Of a stretch of DNA of 64,000 bases, positions 19,375 to 29,974 are shown in pieces. The stretch is from positions 6,896 to 70,895 of the forward strand of contig JAZJXT010000001.1 in assembly GCA_040390725.1 (NCBI GenBank). Direction: 5' to 3'. The DNA comes from Patescibacteria group bacterium (GTDB lineage: Bacteria; Patescibacteriota; Minisyncoccia; Phycocordibacterales; UBA9973). The notes under the pieces are model-generated. The model did no database searches. It worked only from the letters and a program-made list of their open reading frames with translations, and was not told where the DNA came from. Each line of letters begins with the position of its first letter. Positions within the stretch are counted from its first letter, which is position 1. Made by a program: the position numbers and the translations under genes.

Positions 19375-19448
19375 TCCGCCCTCTTGGATTCGAACCAAGG
19401 ACCCCAGAGGTATAAGCTCTGTGCTCTAACCAACTGAGCTAAGGGCGG
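19375..19448 (-). tRNA. tRNA-Ile, anticodon UAU (CCA not encoded)
   Basis: Cloverleaf: acceptor CCGCCCT/AGGGCGG + A73, anticodon arm CAGAG-CT TAT AC-CTCTG, T arm CTTGG-TTCGAAT-CCAAG. Confidence 0.9.
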
Positions 19449-19530
19449 ATATTTACTTATCGCCTAACCAAAACAGTTAAAAACGGATTACTTACTTATC
19501 GCCTAACCAAAACAGCTAAGGGTGGATTAC
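19426..19530. repeat. three degenerate 38-39 bp tandem units derived from the tRNA-Ile 5' end
   Basis: units start ctaacc at 19426, 19464 and 19503. Confidence 0.8.
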
Positions 19531-19646
19531 TAATTTTTTAACTATATAGAATATAATAGTTTATGCGACATTTTGCAAGCTATTCAATTTAAGAAATTCC
19601 TCTTTTCCCTTTGAAACTTTCTCGGTGAGTGATACAATATATGTAT

Positions 19647-22600
19647 ATGAAGCTGGGAGTGAGTAGCACCAAGTTTAAATTTTTTGCAATTTTTGCTGTT
19701 GCTTTTTTTTGTTTCTTTTTTTCTGCGCATAGCGCGAGCGCTACGGCGAAGTTTGCCGTAGCTTCTGGAAACTGGAGCGCTACTTCTGGCGTTTGGGCGC
19801 TTACATCTTGCGCGACTGGCGCCGGAAATAATGTGCCGACTAGTAGTGATGCAGTGACTATTTGTAATGGAGTTACAGTTACAGTGGACGGTGCTGACGT
19901 TGCTTCTAGTATTACGGTTAATGCACCTACCACCGCAAATGGAATTACAATTAGCGGAACGAATACTCTCACTGTTACAAATGCGATTACCATGAATGCT
20001 CCGACGGCGGGAGTAAATGATACAATCGCTGTCGGCGCTGGGACTCTTTCTTCCGTAGGTATTACTATTAATGGAGGAGGTTCTTCAGGGTTTAATTCAA
20101 TTTTAAGTTTAAGTACGGGAACTATTACAACTACGGGTGGAATATCTTTTGGTGGTACAGTTGCTCAAGCACAATTGACGACGACCGACGTGGCGACGAT
20201 AAATCTGACTGGTACGATTTCTTCCGGCGGGACTCTCAGTATAAATTCCGGTACGCTTTTGAAAGCCACAGGTAGCAGTACTATAAACATTAGTAGCTCT
20301 TCTACTAATTGGGGCAAGGTTCAAGTTAATACGGGTACTCTCGGGTTGGGTGCTGCATTTACTGTGGCGACAGGTTTGCAAATTGATTCCGGCGCAACCT
20401 TGTCAGCAGGAGCAAATCTTGTAACTGATAAATGTGCGAGTACGGGATTGTCAGGGTTTACTATTAACGGAACATTATCCGGATCTGGCGGAGTAACTTT
20501 AGATACGGCGAGTTGTACTTTGGATGGTACCGGGTCAGTGACGAATACTGGCACATTTACTATGACAAATGATAAAACTATAGCTGGGACTGCGAGTTTG
20601 ACTGTGGGGGGCAGTGCTAGCGCTTCTACAATTTCTGCAGGTACAACAATAACAAATAATGGAACTTTTATTTTTGCAGGCACAGGGGCAGTGACGGGTG
20701 GTAATGCCACGACTACTATTTGGATTAACGCAGCGAATTCAACTTTGAAAATAGCAGGTACTGCTTTTTTGGCAACAGGAGTTTTAACAGCGACAGCGAG
20801 TGGTAATACTGTGGACTATAATAATAGTGCAGGGGTAGCAACAACACAAACACTTTTTAATACCACTTATTATAATTTTAATTTCGGAGGTACTAGCACG
20901 AAAGCTCTTCCTGCCGGCGGTATACAAGTTACTAATACTCTTTCTGTCAGTTCCGGTATTACGGCTACACTTAGTACTGGTGATTTTTTGACTACTAATT
21001 TAACTGTGACGGGCAGTGGAATATTTACTGGTACTGGTAGGACTATAACAATGAACGGAAATGGCGTTGGTACAGCAGGTAGATGGTTACATACTACAGG
21101 GGCAGGACAAATACGAACTAATTTAACTTTTAACTCGGCGGGAAATATTACTTTAGGAGATGGCACTACGGGATCAGCGGGTACAGTATTATGGGGGAAT
21201 TTTGGTTCTACTTTAACATGGACTGCTGGTACCATGATAACTACAAACTCTACATTAAATTTACATATGGATAATGCCCCTACAATATCTACAAATGGAA
21301 TGAAGTGGAACAATGTAACCTTGCTTAATACTGGTGGTGGAACACTTACATTGGGAAGTGACTTAGATATCGGGGGTAATTTAACTTGGCCTACTACTTC
21401 TACTGCGACTACTTTTGTCGGGGCAAATCGTATTATTACGTTACAAGGTAATTTAGTGATGGGAACTTCTTCTGCTGCAACTAACGCAGTGGCATCCGGA
21501 GCTTCTACTCAGACTATAAAAATGAATGCTAGTTCCGGTGCTCAAACTTGGTCAGGTCAACAAGCAATATCTGCAATCAGATTAACAGTAATACAGACAG
21601 GTTCGGCTTCATTCGCAATTAGCGGTACAGTGACACTTGCCACTACTGGATTTACTATTACTAGTGTTGGTTCTGGAGGATTTTCAGCAGCCGGAAGTAC
21701 CTTAAATTCATATAACAATGTTATTTTTAATACGAGTGGTTCAACATACCCCCTCTATAATGTGACTACTTGGGATGGTGGCAATACTATTCCTTTGAGT
21801 AGTAACTTATATATGACGGGAAATCTCGTTATGAATGGTAATACAAATGGTAGTAATGCTACTACTACATGGACTGGTCCATATTCAGTTACTGTTGGTG
21901 GTAACTTAACGCAAAGTTCAACTTCACTTAATATTACTGGTTCCACTAGCGGTGGTAATGTATTTCTTGGAATTATTATGAATGGCACTGGTACTTGGTC
22001 TAATGCTGCAGGTGCAACGAGCGTGATGACGGTGCCTTTGACATTTAATACTTCTGGTACGATTACTATCGGTAGTAGTGTGTATTATAGTACGGGAACT
22101 TTGTTGTATACTTTAGGCACAATTGATACATCTGCAAATAGTTCGACACTTAACATCGCAGGCTCGGCAACTTTAAATACTCCTACGGCAAGTATGAGTT
22201 GGTATAATTTAAACCAATCTACTACGGGAACTTTAACCTTGACGAGTGCAATAACCATTTCAAATACTCTTTCTGTCGCAAGTGGAGTGACTGAAACTAT
22301 TGCAACCAGTAATATAACAACAGTCAATTTAACCGTAACTAATACTGGTGTATTTTCTGGTAATGGAAGAACGATAACAGTAAGTGGAAGGTGGAGTCAC
22401 ACACAAGCCGGCTCAGGGAAAATAAGGTGCAATATAACTTTAACAAGCACTGCAACAATATCAGGAACAGTGTATTTTACAGGTGATAGTTTTCCAGTAA
22501 CATTAACAGGCGCAAGTGGAGTCACTACAACTGGAAGTATATTGGATATTGATGCTAGTGTCACATTAAATACTTCTACGATGTCATTCCAAGATATAAC

Positions 22601-25600
22601 CCATGTTGGTTCTATCGGAACGTTAACTCTTACAAGTGACTTAAACATAAATGGAAATTGGACAATGTTAGCAGGGGCAGCTGGTCTCGCAGGTGCAAAT
22701 ACAAATATATATTTAAAAGGTAATCTTAATATGGCTGCATCTGGTAGTGTTCAAGGACTTAGTACTCAAATATTATATATGAATGCAAGTTCTGGTACAC
22801 AGACTTGGTCTGGCGCACAAACTTGGAAATTTACAAAATTTATTGTCATTCAAACTGGGACAGCAGCATTTACAATGTCAGGCAGTCTCGCTCTTGATGG
22901 TGGCACATTCACTTTTACCTCTGTTGGAAGTGGAGGATTTACTAACACATCTACTGTCACAATGCTTGCCTCTTCAGGAAATATTTCATTAAGTTCCGCT
23001 AGTTCTTCTTATTCATTTAATAATGTGACAATGACTCTTTCAGCAAATAACATAACACTTCTAACAGATATTTATATTCTTGGAAATTTGGCTATAAATG
23101 GAACTGCCTCAACTCCAACAATAGGAGCATTCACCCTTTATGTAGCTGGTAATCTTTCTCAAGGTGGAACATCAACTAATGTTACCGGTACCGTAGGAAT
23201 TGTAATGAATGGATCGGGAACTTGGAGTAATACCGTAGGTGCAACGAGTGTGATGCAGGTGCCTTTGACATTTAATACCTCGGGGACGATAACACTTTCC
23301 GGAAACCTATACTATAGTACCGGAACTTTGACATACACAGCAGGCACATTATCTCCTGGCAGTTCTACTTTGAATATTCCGGCGAATACTACTTTTGCCG
23401 GAGGAATGAGTGGTAGTAATGCATTTAATAATATTGCAGTGTCAGCAGGAACTTTGACGAATAATGCGACGGCTGGTACGACAGGTTTAGCCATCACAGG
23501 AAATCTTACCGGCGCCGGGGCATTAACTCAAGGAACTAATTCTATTTTAACTTTAGGTGGAACTTCGACAATTACAACTTTGACGGCAAACACAACAGGG
23601 AATACTGTAATTTATAATGGTACGGCGGGGCAGACGGTAAAAGTACCCGCGAGTTCTACTTATATGAATTTAACTATTAACGATAGTGGACAAACAGCGA
23701 CTCTTGGCGGAGCTATTACTGTGAGTGGGAATTTAGCAATCAATACTGGAACACTGGATGATAATGGAACACAGATTACAGGTAATGCTACAAATAATTT
23801 AACGATGGCATCAGGTACGACTTTGAAAATTGGTATTGCCGGTACGGCGACGACTTTTCCTACGCTTTACACGACAGGACATACGACATTAAATTCTGCT
23901 TCGACCGTCATATATAATGCAGGAGTAACTCAAACTATTTCGTCGACGCCTGCTTATGGCAATTTGCAACTCTCTCGCGCATCCGGTACCCCGACGAAAT
24001 CTTTGAATGGTACAACGACAATAAATGGATCTTTGACTATTGACGCGAGCAATACGCTCTCTGCCGGAGCAAATCAAATAGCGCTCGGCGGAAATTATTC
24101 TAACAGTGGAACATTCACTGCAGGTACTGGAACATTTTTATTATCTGGGTCAGTGGCGCAAACTTTGTCGGGGACGATGACTAGCGGTTCGGCATTTTAC
24201 GATCTAACAATTACGAATTCTTCCGGTGCTTCAGCTAGTGATTGTGGACTCACAGGATTCACTGCTGGAATTATTTTCGGAGGATCAGCGACATCAACAC
24301 ATAACTATGTTATTACTACTGCTAATGTGCGAGTGACTTATAATGCCGGGTCAACTTATACTTTTGCAAATATAAATTGGAGCGGACAAGCCAGCGGAAC
24401 AAAAATTTATTTTAGGTCTTCGAGTGCAGGGTCCGCTTGGAATTTAAATGTTTCCGGCACACAGACTGCGGTGTCATATATAGATGTGTCTGATTCGGAT
24501 GCTCACACAGGAAGCTCTATAAATAGTGATACTACTGTGACCGATTGTAATAATAATACAAATTGGGTTTTTATTATGACGATTTCTGGTACGGCAAATG
24601 GTAATGATGGGGGCACAGTAAAGGTTGCTTTTAATAATTCTATTGATGCACACACTACTACTATTTCGGGTGGAGCTTGGACTATCAGTAATATTACGAA
24701 GCCAGCTGCGGGAGTTATTGTGACTGTTTTTGTTGATGGTGCTACTCTTGATTCAAATGAAACTACCGCTATTACAAAATACAGTTCAGGTGTTATTTCC
24801 GGTATGGTTTTGAATACAAATGTTTTAACAATTGGAAGTAATCAAAATACAAGTTTGACTACGACTAACCTCGGTCAATATACTTCTAGTAATGACGAAG
24901 ACGTAATGCAATCAGTTTCCAGCGGAGCATTATCAGTGCAGGGAACAAGTAATACATATGTAAATCCAATTCTTGCTGTTCTTAATAATAATACTCTTAC
25001 TGTAGATAGCGCTTCTACTGAAAGCATAACGACTGGTCAGTTGTATATATATGGTAGCGCTACTTTGACTGCTACCGGTACGCCGACTATTACTTTGAAT
25101 GGAACTTCCGGAACATTATTTACAAACTCAGGTACATTTACTCCAGCAACTTCTACTGTTACGCTTTCTGGCAATGGAGATGCTACTATAAATTCCGGAG
25201 CGATAACATTTTACAATTTAACTTCAAGCGGGACGGGAGTGAAAAGTGTAGATGCTTCTTCTGCATTAACATTTGCAACTTCTGGAACACTGACAGTTTC
25301 TGGGGGGACTTTTGATCCGGTGACAGCTCTCGTCGCAAGTGGTTCAAATACTTTAACTGCTTCGGCTGTACTTCGTGTTGAAGCATCTACTTTTGCCGGA
25401 TCGTATCCTGCAGGTTTCGGCACTTTGAATTTAAATTCCGGTTCTACTGTTGATTATCATTCCAGTGGAGCGCAAACAATTTCCAGCACAATTTCACCAT
25501 ATTATAATTTAACAACTTCGACAGGTGGGACAAAAACTTTAGGAGGTAATGTGACTATTTCAAATGTTTTAACAATCGGTGCTAGCTCAACACTTTCTGC

Positions 25601-28600
25601 AAGTTCTAATAATATTACATTATCAGGAACTACGGGAACACCTTTTATAGATTCTGGAACATTTTCTTCCGGCACGGGGACAGTTTCTTATACTGGAAAT
25701 AATGGTTCGGGAAATACTACGGTCTTGCCGGAAACTTATCACGATTTAACTTTAAATAATGCGAGTGAGACTTATGTATTAGGCGGAGCTACGACCATAA
25801 ATAATTTATTAACTATTACCGACGGAACACTCGATACTGATAGCACGAATCATTACAACTTTTCTACGAGTGATATTTTGATTGACACATCCGGCACGCT
25901 TTTGGGACGTGCTTCAAATATTACAGTCACAGAAAACTGGGTAAATACTGGGACATTTACCCGAGGCACTTCTACGGTGTTATTGAACGGAGACATTACG
26001 GATAACATAGCTGGAGATACTAATTTTAATAATTTAACTATTTCTAGCACTGTCGCAAAAACTGTTTACTTTACGACTACTGGCACTACTAGTGTTTATG
26101 GCATTTTTACTGTGACAGGGCATAATAGCCAGTTAATAAGTTTACTTCCAGAGCTTGCTCACCCAACAACTCAATTTCCTTTTCGGGTAATATCGCCTGG
26201 TACAGCTAGTATTAGTTATATAAATGTTTCTTATGGAGGATGCGCGGCTACCGCTATAAATATGTCACCCGTTAATTCTGTTGATGGTGGAAATAATGAC
26301 ACTTGTTGGTCTTTTGGAATTGCGATTTCCGGAACAGCAAATGGCAATGATGGAGAGACTGTAAAAATTGCAATCAATGGCACGGCGGATAGTCACACTA
26401 CTACGATATCGAGCGGAGCGTGGTCCTTTACAACTATTACTCAACCATCTTCCGGTGATATTGTTACTGTTTGGGTTGAAGGTGCTTCTGCTCCAAATAA
26501 AACAACTGCTATCACAAAATATTCTTCTGGCTCAGTTTCTGGAATGGTTTTGGATACAAATACACTGACTGTCGGGGATGCAGGTGGAGTGAGTTTGGCT
26601 GTTTCTGATTTTTCACATTATACTTCTGCTGATGACAGTTATGTGATGCATTCATATTCGAGCGGAGATTTGTCAGTGGCAGGGACTAATCCGACTTTGA
26701 AAATTTTATCTGGAAATACTTTAACTGCTTCTACTGGAGAAAGTGTAACAACAGGGAAAATTGATAATGCTGGCACTATTACTGTTACAGCTTCCAACAC
26801 TCCGAGTTTTACTTTGAACGGAACTTCGGGAACTTTGTTTACTAACTCTGGCACATTTACACCGGCGAGTTCTACGGTCACACTTTCCGGTAATGGCGAT
26901 GCGACTGTGAATTCCGGCGCTATTACTTTTTACAATTTAACAAATTCTGGCACGGGAGTGAAATCTTTGGGTGATGCGAATATTACTGTGAACCACAACA
27001 TGACAGTTTCTGGCGGTACTTTTGATCCGACTGCTTCTCGTACTATTACAGGGTCCGGCACAAATACTCTGGCTGTTTCTAGTGGAGCTACTATTCGCGC
27101 GGAGCATTCTTTATTTTCCGGTGATTGGATTTCTTTTGAAATTACGACTTTGAGTTCCGGCTCGACGGTGGATTATTATTTAAATAATGCTCAAACTATA
27201 GACAACACTCTTTCATATTCTAATTTAAATTTATCAAATAGTGGTACGAAAACTTTGGGAGGGGACACAACCATTGCAAATGTTTTGACTGTCGGCAGTA
27301 GTGCGACTCTTGATGGTAGCTCACATACTTTGACTCTTTCTGGGGCAACCGGTACGCCGTTTGTAGATTCTGGTACATTTACTTCCAGCACGGGAACTGT
27401 TTCTTATACGGGGAATTATGCGAGCGGTAATACGACGGTCTTGCCGGAAACTTACCACAATTTAACTTTAAATAATGCAAGCGAGACTTATGTTTTGAAT
27501 GGAACGACGCCAATAAATAATTTATTGACTATCACCGCAGGTACACTCGACACTGTCAGTCATAATTTTTCTACAAGTGATATCACCATTGGCGCTTCCG
27601 GCATGCTTAATGCAAATGCTTCCATTGCAACTGTCACAGAAAATTGGACAAACAATGGCACATTTAATTCTGGTACTTCTACCGTGTTGATGAATGGTGA
27701 TAATGCTCACGATCTAGTCGCTGGGACTACGAGTTTTTATAATCTTACTATCACCACTACCACTCCAAGCGTTGCCAAGGAAGTGGATTTTCCATCTACC
27801 ACTACCACAGTGATGAATGCTTTTAATGTTACAGGACATGGAGGCGCATTGATTAGTTTGTACTCTACGCCTTCTCCGACCAAGTGGAATTTTTATCCGA
27901 TGTTGGGTACTAACAATAGCGTGCGTTATGCAAAAATAAAAGATGGAGGCTGCGCTAATAATGCTATTGCTATTCGCCCGGCTAATTCCGTGGACGATGG
28001 CAACAATGATTCCTGTTGGGTTTTTTCTCCTTATGTTTACAAGCTCACAAATGCCAACACAGTAGAAGTTTACAATGATACAAATACTTCCAATCCTTCT
28101 CCGGTAAAAACTATTCAATTTTCAGATGACTATGCTTTGCCTACAAATAGTTTAGTAAAGCTAACAAGCTTGGCAGTCGATACTCACTTCAACAGACTTT
28201 ATGTGACGACAGATGATCCATCAGCTGGTCTGAAAGTTGTCGATATTAGTAATCCTTCTCCTTCCAGTTGGGTATGTTGTGCTAGTACTGTAGTTCTCTC
28301 TGATAATAGTGTGAATTTCCCCGGGCGTGATGTATATGTAGACAGTGCTGGTGTGCCTACAGTGTTGGGAGCTACGAGTTCCAAGGGCGGAATTTTTGTA
28401 ATAAATCCAAGCACTCTCGGTATTGCTTATTCAAATGTTCATAATGTTTCCGATCCTTCAGATGTCGCTCTCATTGTTCATGAACATGCCGGAATATATG
28501 ACAACACTGCTACCGGATTTATTTATGAATCAAATTATCACACATCACAACTTTATATTTATCCTTATAGCAATGTGACTCCGAGCGTAATCAGAGAAAC

Positions 28601-28994
28601 TACAAATGATATTTCGTCTTACGGTAAACCCACTGCTATTTCAGTGCATAGTATCAGTAATGGAAATACTTATTTTATGTTAGCCAATAATTCCCAAGTC
28701 GTGCATTTCTTCCCGGTTGATTATTCCACATCAAGTATTGCGGATTTAGTTTCTGCGCATGATTCTTCTTCGGTCGGTACAAATGTGATAAATGATTTGG
28801 CTTCGGCTTTGAATGATTATTTATATATCGCAGGAGGAACCGGGATTTATAAAATAGGTATTCCGTCTTCATCGCCTGCTTCTTCGTTTTATGTATTAGC
28901 GGATGGTTTTTCAAGTGTTGCGCAGGCTTCCGCCTCCGGACTCATCTTTGGCGTATCAAATGGAAATAGTACATTGTATCCTTTTACTCCATAA
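19647..28994 (+). CDS. giant secreted Thr/Gly/Ser-rich beta-repeat protein with C-terminal propeller-like domain; putative pilus-associated adhesin
   Basis: signal peptide ending SASA, long beta-strand repeats, internal duplications; start placed at ATG 19647 after TACAAT 19633-19638 (track start GTG 19629). Confidence 0.85.
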   Translation: MKLGVSSTKFKFFAIFAVAFFCFFFSAHSASATAKFAVASGNWSATSGVWALTSCATGAGNNVPTSSDAVTICNGVTVTVDGADVASSITVNAPTTANGITISGTNTLTVTNAITMNAPTAGVNDTIAVGAGTLSSVGITINGGGSSGFNSILSLSTGTITTTGGISFGGTVAQAQLTTTDVATINLTGTISSGGTLSINSGTLLKATGSSTINISSSSTNWGKVQVNTGTLGLGAAFTVATGLQIDSGATLSAGANLVTDKCASTGLSGFTINGTLSGSGGVTLDTASCTLDGTGSVTNTGTFTMTNDKTIAGTASLTVGGSASASTISAGTTITNNGTFIFAGTGAVTGGNATTTIWINAANSTLKIAGTAFLATGVLTATASGNTVDYNNSAGVATTQTLFNTTYYNFNFGGTSTKALPAGGIQVTNTLSVSSGITATLSTGDFLTTNLTVTGSGIFTGTGRTITMNGNGVGTAGRWLHTTGAGQIRTNLTFNSAGNITLGDGTTGSAGTVLWGNFGSTLTWTAGTMITTNSTLNLHMDNAPTISTNGMKWNNVTLLNTGGGTLTLGSDLDIGGNLTWPTTSTATTFVGANRIITLQGNLVMGTSSAATNAVASGASTQTIKMNASSGAQTWSGQQAISAIRLTVIQTGSASFAISGTVTLATTGFTITSVGSGGFSAAGSTLNSYNNVIFNTSGSTYPLYNVTTWDGGNTIPLSSNLYMTGNLVMNGNTNGSNATTTWTGPYSVTVGGNLTQSSTSLNITGSTSGGNVFLGIIMNGTGTWSNAAGATSVMTVPLTFNTSGTITIGSSVYYSTGTLLYTLGTIDTSANSSTLNIAGSATLNTPTASMSWYNLNQSTTGTLTLTSAITISNTLSVASGVTETIATSNITTVNLTVTNTGVFSGNGRTITVSGRWSHTQAGSGKIRCNITLTSTATISGTVYFTGDSFPVTLTGASGVTTTGSILDIDASVTLNTSTMSFQDITHVGSIGTLTLTSDLNINGNWTMLAGAAGLAGANTNIYLKGNLNMAASGSVQGLSTQILYMNASSGTQTWSGAQTWKFTKFIVIQTGTAAFTMSGSLALDGGTFTFTSVGSGGFTNTSTVTMLASSGNISLSSASSSYSFNNVTMTLSANNITLLTDIYILGNLAINGTASTPTIGAFTLYVAGNLSQGGTSTNVTGTVGIVMNGSGTWSNTVGATSVMQVPLTFNTSGTITLSGNLYYSTGTLTYTAGTLSPGSSTLNIPANTTFAGGMSGSNAFNNIAVSAGTLTNNATAGTTGLAITGNLTGAGALTQGTNSILTLGGTSTITTLTANTTGNTVIYNGTAGQTVKVPASSTYMNLTINDSGQTATLGGAITVSGNLAINTGTLDDNGTQITGNATNNLTMASGTTLKIGIAGTATTFPTLYTTGHTTLNSASTVIYNAGVTQTISSTPAYGNLQLSRASGTPTKSLNGTTTINGSLTIDASNTLSAGANQIALGGNYSNSGTFTAGTGTFLLSGSVAQTLSGTMTSGSAFYDLTITNSSGASASDCGLTGFTAGIIFGGSATSTHNYVITTANVRVTYNAGSTYTFANINWSGQASGTKIYFRSSSAGSAWNLNVSGTQTAVSYIDVSDSDAHTGSSINSDTTVTDCNNNTNWVFIMTISGTANGNDGGTVKVAFNNSIDAHTTTISGGAWTISNITKPAAGVIVTVFVDGATLDSNETTAITKYSSGVISGMVLNTNVLTIGSNQNTSLTTTNLGQYTSSNDEDVMQSVSSGALSVQGTSNTYVNPILAVLNNNTLTVDSASTESITTGQLYIYGSATLTATGTPTITLNGTSGTLFTNSGTFTPATSTVTLSGNGDATINSGAITFYNLTSSGTGVKSVDASSALTFATSGTLTVSGGTFDPVTALVASGSNTLTASAVLRVEASTFAGSYPAGFGTLNLNSGSTVDYHSSGAQTISSTISPYYNLTTSTGGTKTLGGNVTISNVLTIGASSTLSASSNNITLSGTTGTPFIDSGTFSSGTGTVSYTGNNGSGNTTVLPETYHDLTLNNASETYVLGGATTINNLLTITDGTLDTDSTNHYNFSTSDILIDTSGTLLGRASNITVTENWVNTGTFTRGTSTVLLNGDITDNIAGDTNFNNLTISSTVAKTVYFTTTGTTSVYGIFTVTGHNSQLISLLPELAHPTTQFPFRVISPGTASISYINVSYGGCAATAINMSPVNSVDGGNNDTCWSFGIAISGTANGNDGETVKIAINGTADSHTTTISSGAWSFTTITQPSSGDIVTVWVEGASAPNKTTAITKYSSGSVSGMVLDTNTLTVGDAGGVSLAVSDFSHYTSADDSYVMHSYSSGDLSVAGTNPTLKILSGNTLTASTGESVTTGKIDNAGTITVTASNTPSFTLNGTSGTLFTNSGTFTPASSTVTLSGNGDATVNSGAITFYNLTNSGTGVKSLGDANITVNHNMTVSGGTFDPTASRTITGSGTNTLAVSSGATIRAEHSLFSGDWISFEITTLSSGSTVDYYLNNAQTIDNTLSYSNLNLSNSGTKTLGGDTTIANVLTVGSSATLDGSSHTLTLSGATGTPFVDSGTFTSSTGTVSYTGNYASGNTTVLPETYHNLTLNNASETYVLNGTTPINNLLTITAGTLDTVSHNFSTSDITIGASGMLNANASIATVTENWTNNGTFNSGTSTVLMNGDNAHDLVAGTTSFYNLTITTTTPSVAKEVDFPSTTTTVMNAFNVTGHGGALISLYSTPSPTKWNFYPMLGTNNSVRYAKIKDGGCANNAIAIRPANSVDDGNNDSCWVFSPYVYKLTNANTVEVYNDTNTSNPSPVKTIQFSDDYALPTNSLVKLTSLAVDTHFNRLYVTTDDPSAGLKVVDISNPSPSSWVCCASTVVLSDNSVNFPGRDVYVDSAGVPTVLGATSSKGGIFVINPSTLGIAYSNVHNVSDPSDVALIVHEHAGIYDNTATGFIYESNYHTSQLYIYPYSNVTPSVIRETTNDISSYGKPTAISVHSISNGNTYFMLANNSQVVHFFPVDYSTSSIADLVSAHDSSSVGTNVINDLASALNDYLYIAGGTGIYKIGIPSSSPASSFYVLADGFSSVAQASASGLIFGVSNGNSTLYPFTP

Positions 28995-29003
28995 TGATAA
29001 ATT

Positions 29004-29558
29004 ATGAAAATAAAAATGTTAAATAAAATTATAAATAAAAAATCAGGTTTTACTCTCATCGAGCTTGTTTTATATGTGAGCTTGGTGTCAGTGTTGGTGC
29101 TGGGTGTAGCTTCTTTTTGGAATGTGATAAGGAGTATTGGATTAAAAAATAAATCAGTGTCTGCTGTCGAAGAGCAGGGGGCATTTGTTTCTGATATTAT
29201 GAATGAGCGTATTCGCCAAGCGACGCACGTATGCACTCCGACGAGCGCTGGTGACACTGCACACACTCTCGACCTCGATACCAATTGTACTGTGCACACC
29301 GGCAGTGAAGTGAGTCTTGCGTTAGACATTCATGGGATTTTAATTCTGACAGAGGGAGGGCAGGATTATTCATTGACTGATGAGAGGGTCAGCATGCCTT
29401 CGAGTTCTATTAATTTTACCAAAGCGCAAGACACAGTGCATGGAGGAGCAGAGAGCGTGAATTATACTTTTGTAATGCAGTCGAAAGATTATTCTTCCAG
29501 TTCTCCTTTTAGTTATGAGAAAACATTTTCCGGCGGGGGAGTATTGAGAGTTTATTAA
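29004..29558 (+). CDS. minor type IV pilin (PilW-like)
   Basis: class III signal KKSG|FTLIEL. Confidence 0.88.
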   Translation: MKIKMLNKIINKKSGFTLIELVLYVSLVSVLVLGVASFWNVIRSIGLKNKSVSAVEEQGAFVSDIMNERIRQATHVCTPTSAGDTAHTLDLDTNCTVHTGSEVSLALDIHGILILTEGGQDYSLTDERVSMPSSSINFTKAQDTVHGGAESVNYTFVMQSKDYSSSSPFSYEKTFSGGGVLRVY

Positions 29559-29563
29559 AATTT

Positions 29564-29959
29564 ATGAAAATAAAAAAACAAAAAGGATATGTGACTCTCA
29601 TGATGATGATTATCATCGGAGCTCTGACTGCGGGCATAGTTTATACTATTATGTCCGACAGTATCAGTAGTTTGCAGATGGGGGTTTCTTTTAGTCAGAC
29701 TTATAAAGCACGAAGCTATGCGAATGCTTGCGCCGAAGAGGCTTTATTTAGAATTCATAATGGCGACATAACTGCACATGAAGACAATACAAGCTCACCG
29801 ATTTCTTTTGGCACAAATGAAACTTGCACTTATGATGCGACAGTGTCAGGTGGAAATGTTACAATAACTGTGACAGGTAATGCAAAAAGGGCGATTGTTT
29901 CTGAAACGGTAAACGGCACTGTTTCAGGTGGTGCTGTACACATTACAAGTTGGCAATAA
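29564..29959 (+). CDS. PilX-like minor pilin (no Glu5)
   Basis: KQKG|YVTLMMM, ARSYANACAEEAL. Confidence 0.78.
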   Translation: MKIKKQKGYVTLMMMIIIGALTAGIVYTIMSDSISSLQMGVSFSQTYKARSYANACAEEALFRIHNGDITAHEDNTSSPISFGTNETCTYDATVSGGNVTITVTGNAKRAIVSETVNGTVSGGAVHITSWQ

Positions 29960-29974
29960 TTTTTAAAATTAAAA

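Noticed and set aside
19426-19530. Possible mini CRISPR array
   Set aside because: Units are degenerate tRNA-derived tandem copies with shared spacers, and there are no cas genes.
19589-29329. Many minus-strand ORFs over the giant gene
   Set aside because: Val/Pro-rich antisense shadows of Thr/Gly codon bias; the same applies to shadows over tuf, ftsH, recG and the malic enzyme.
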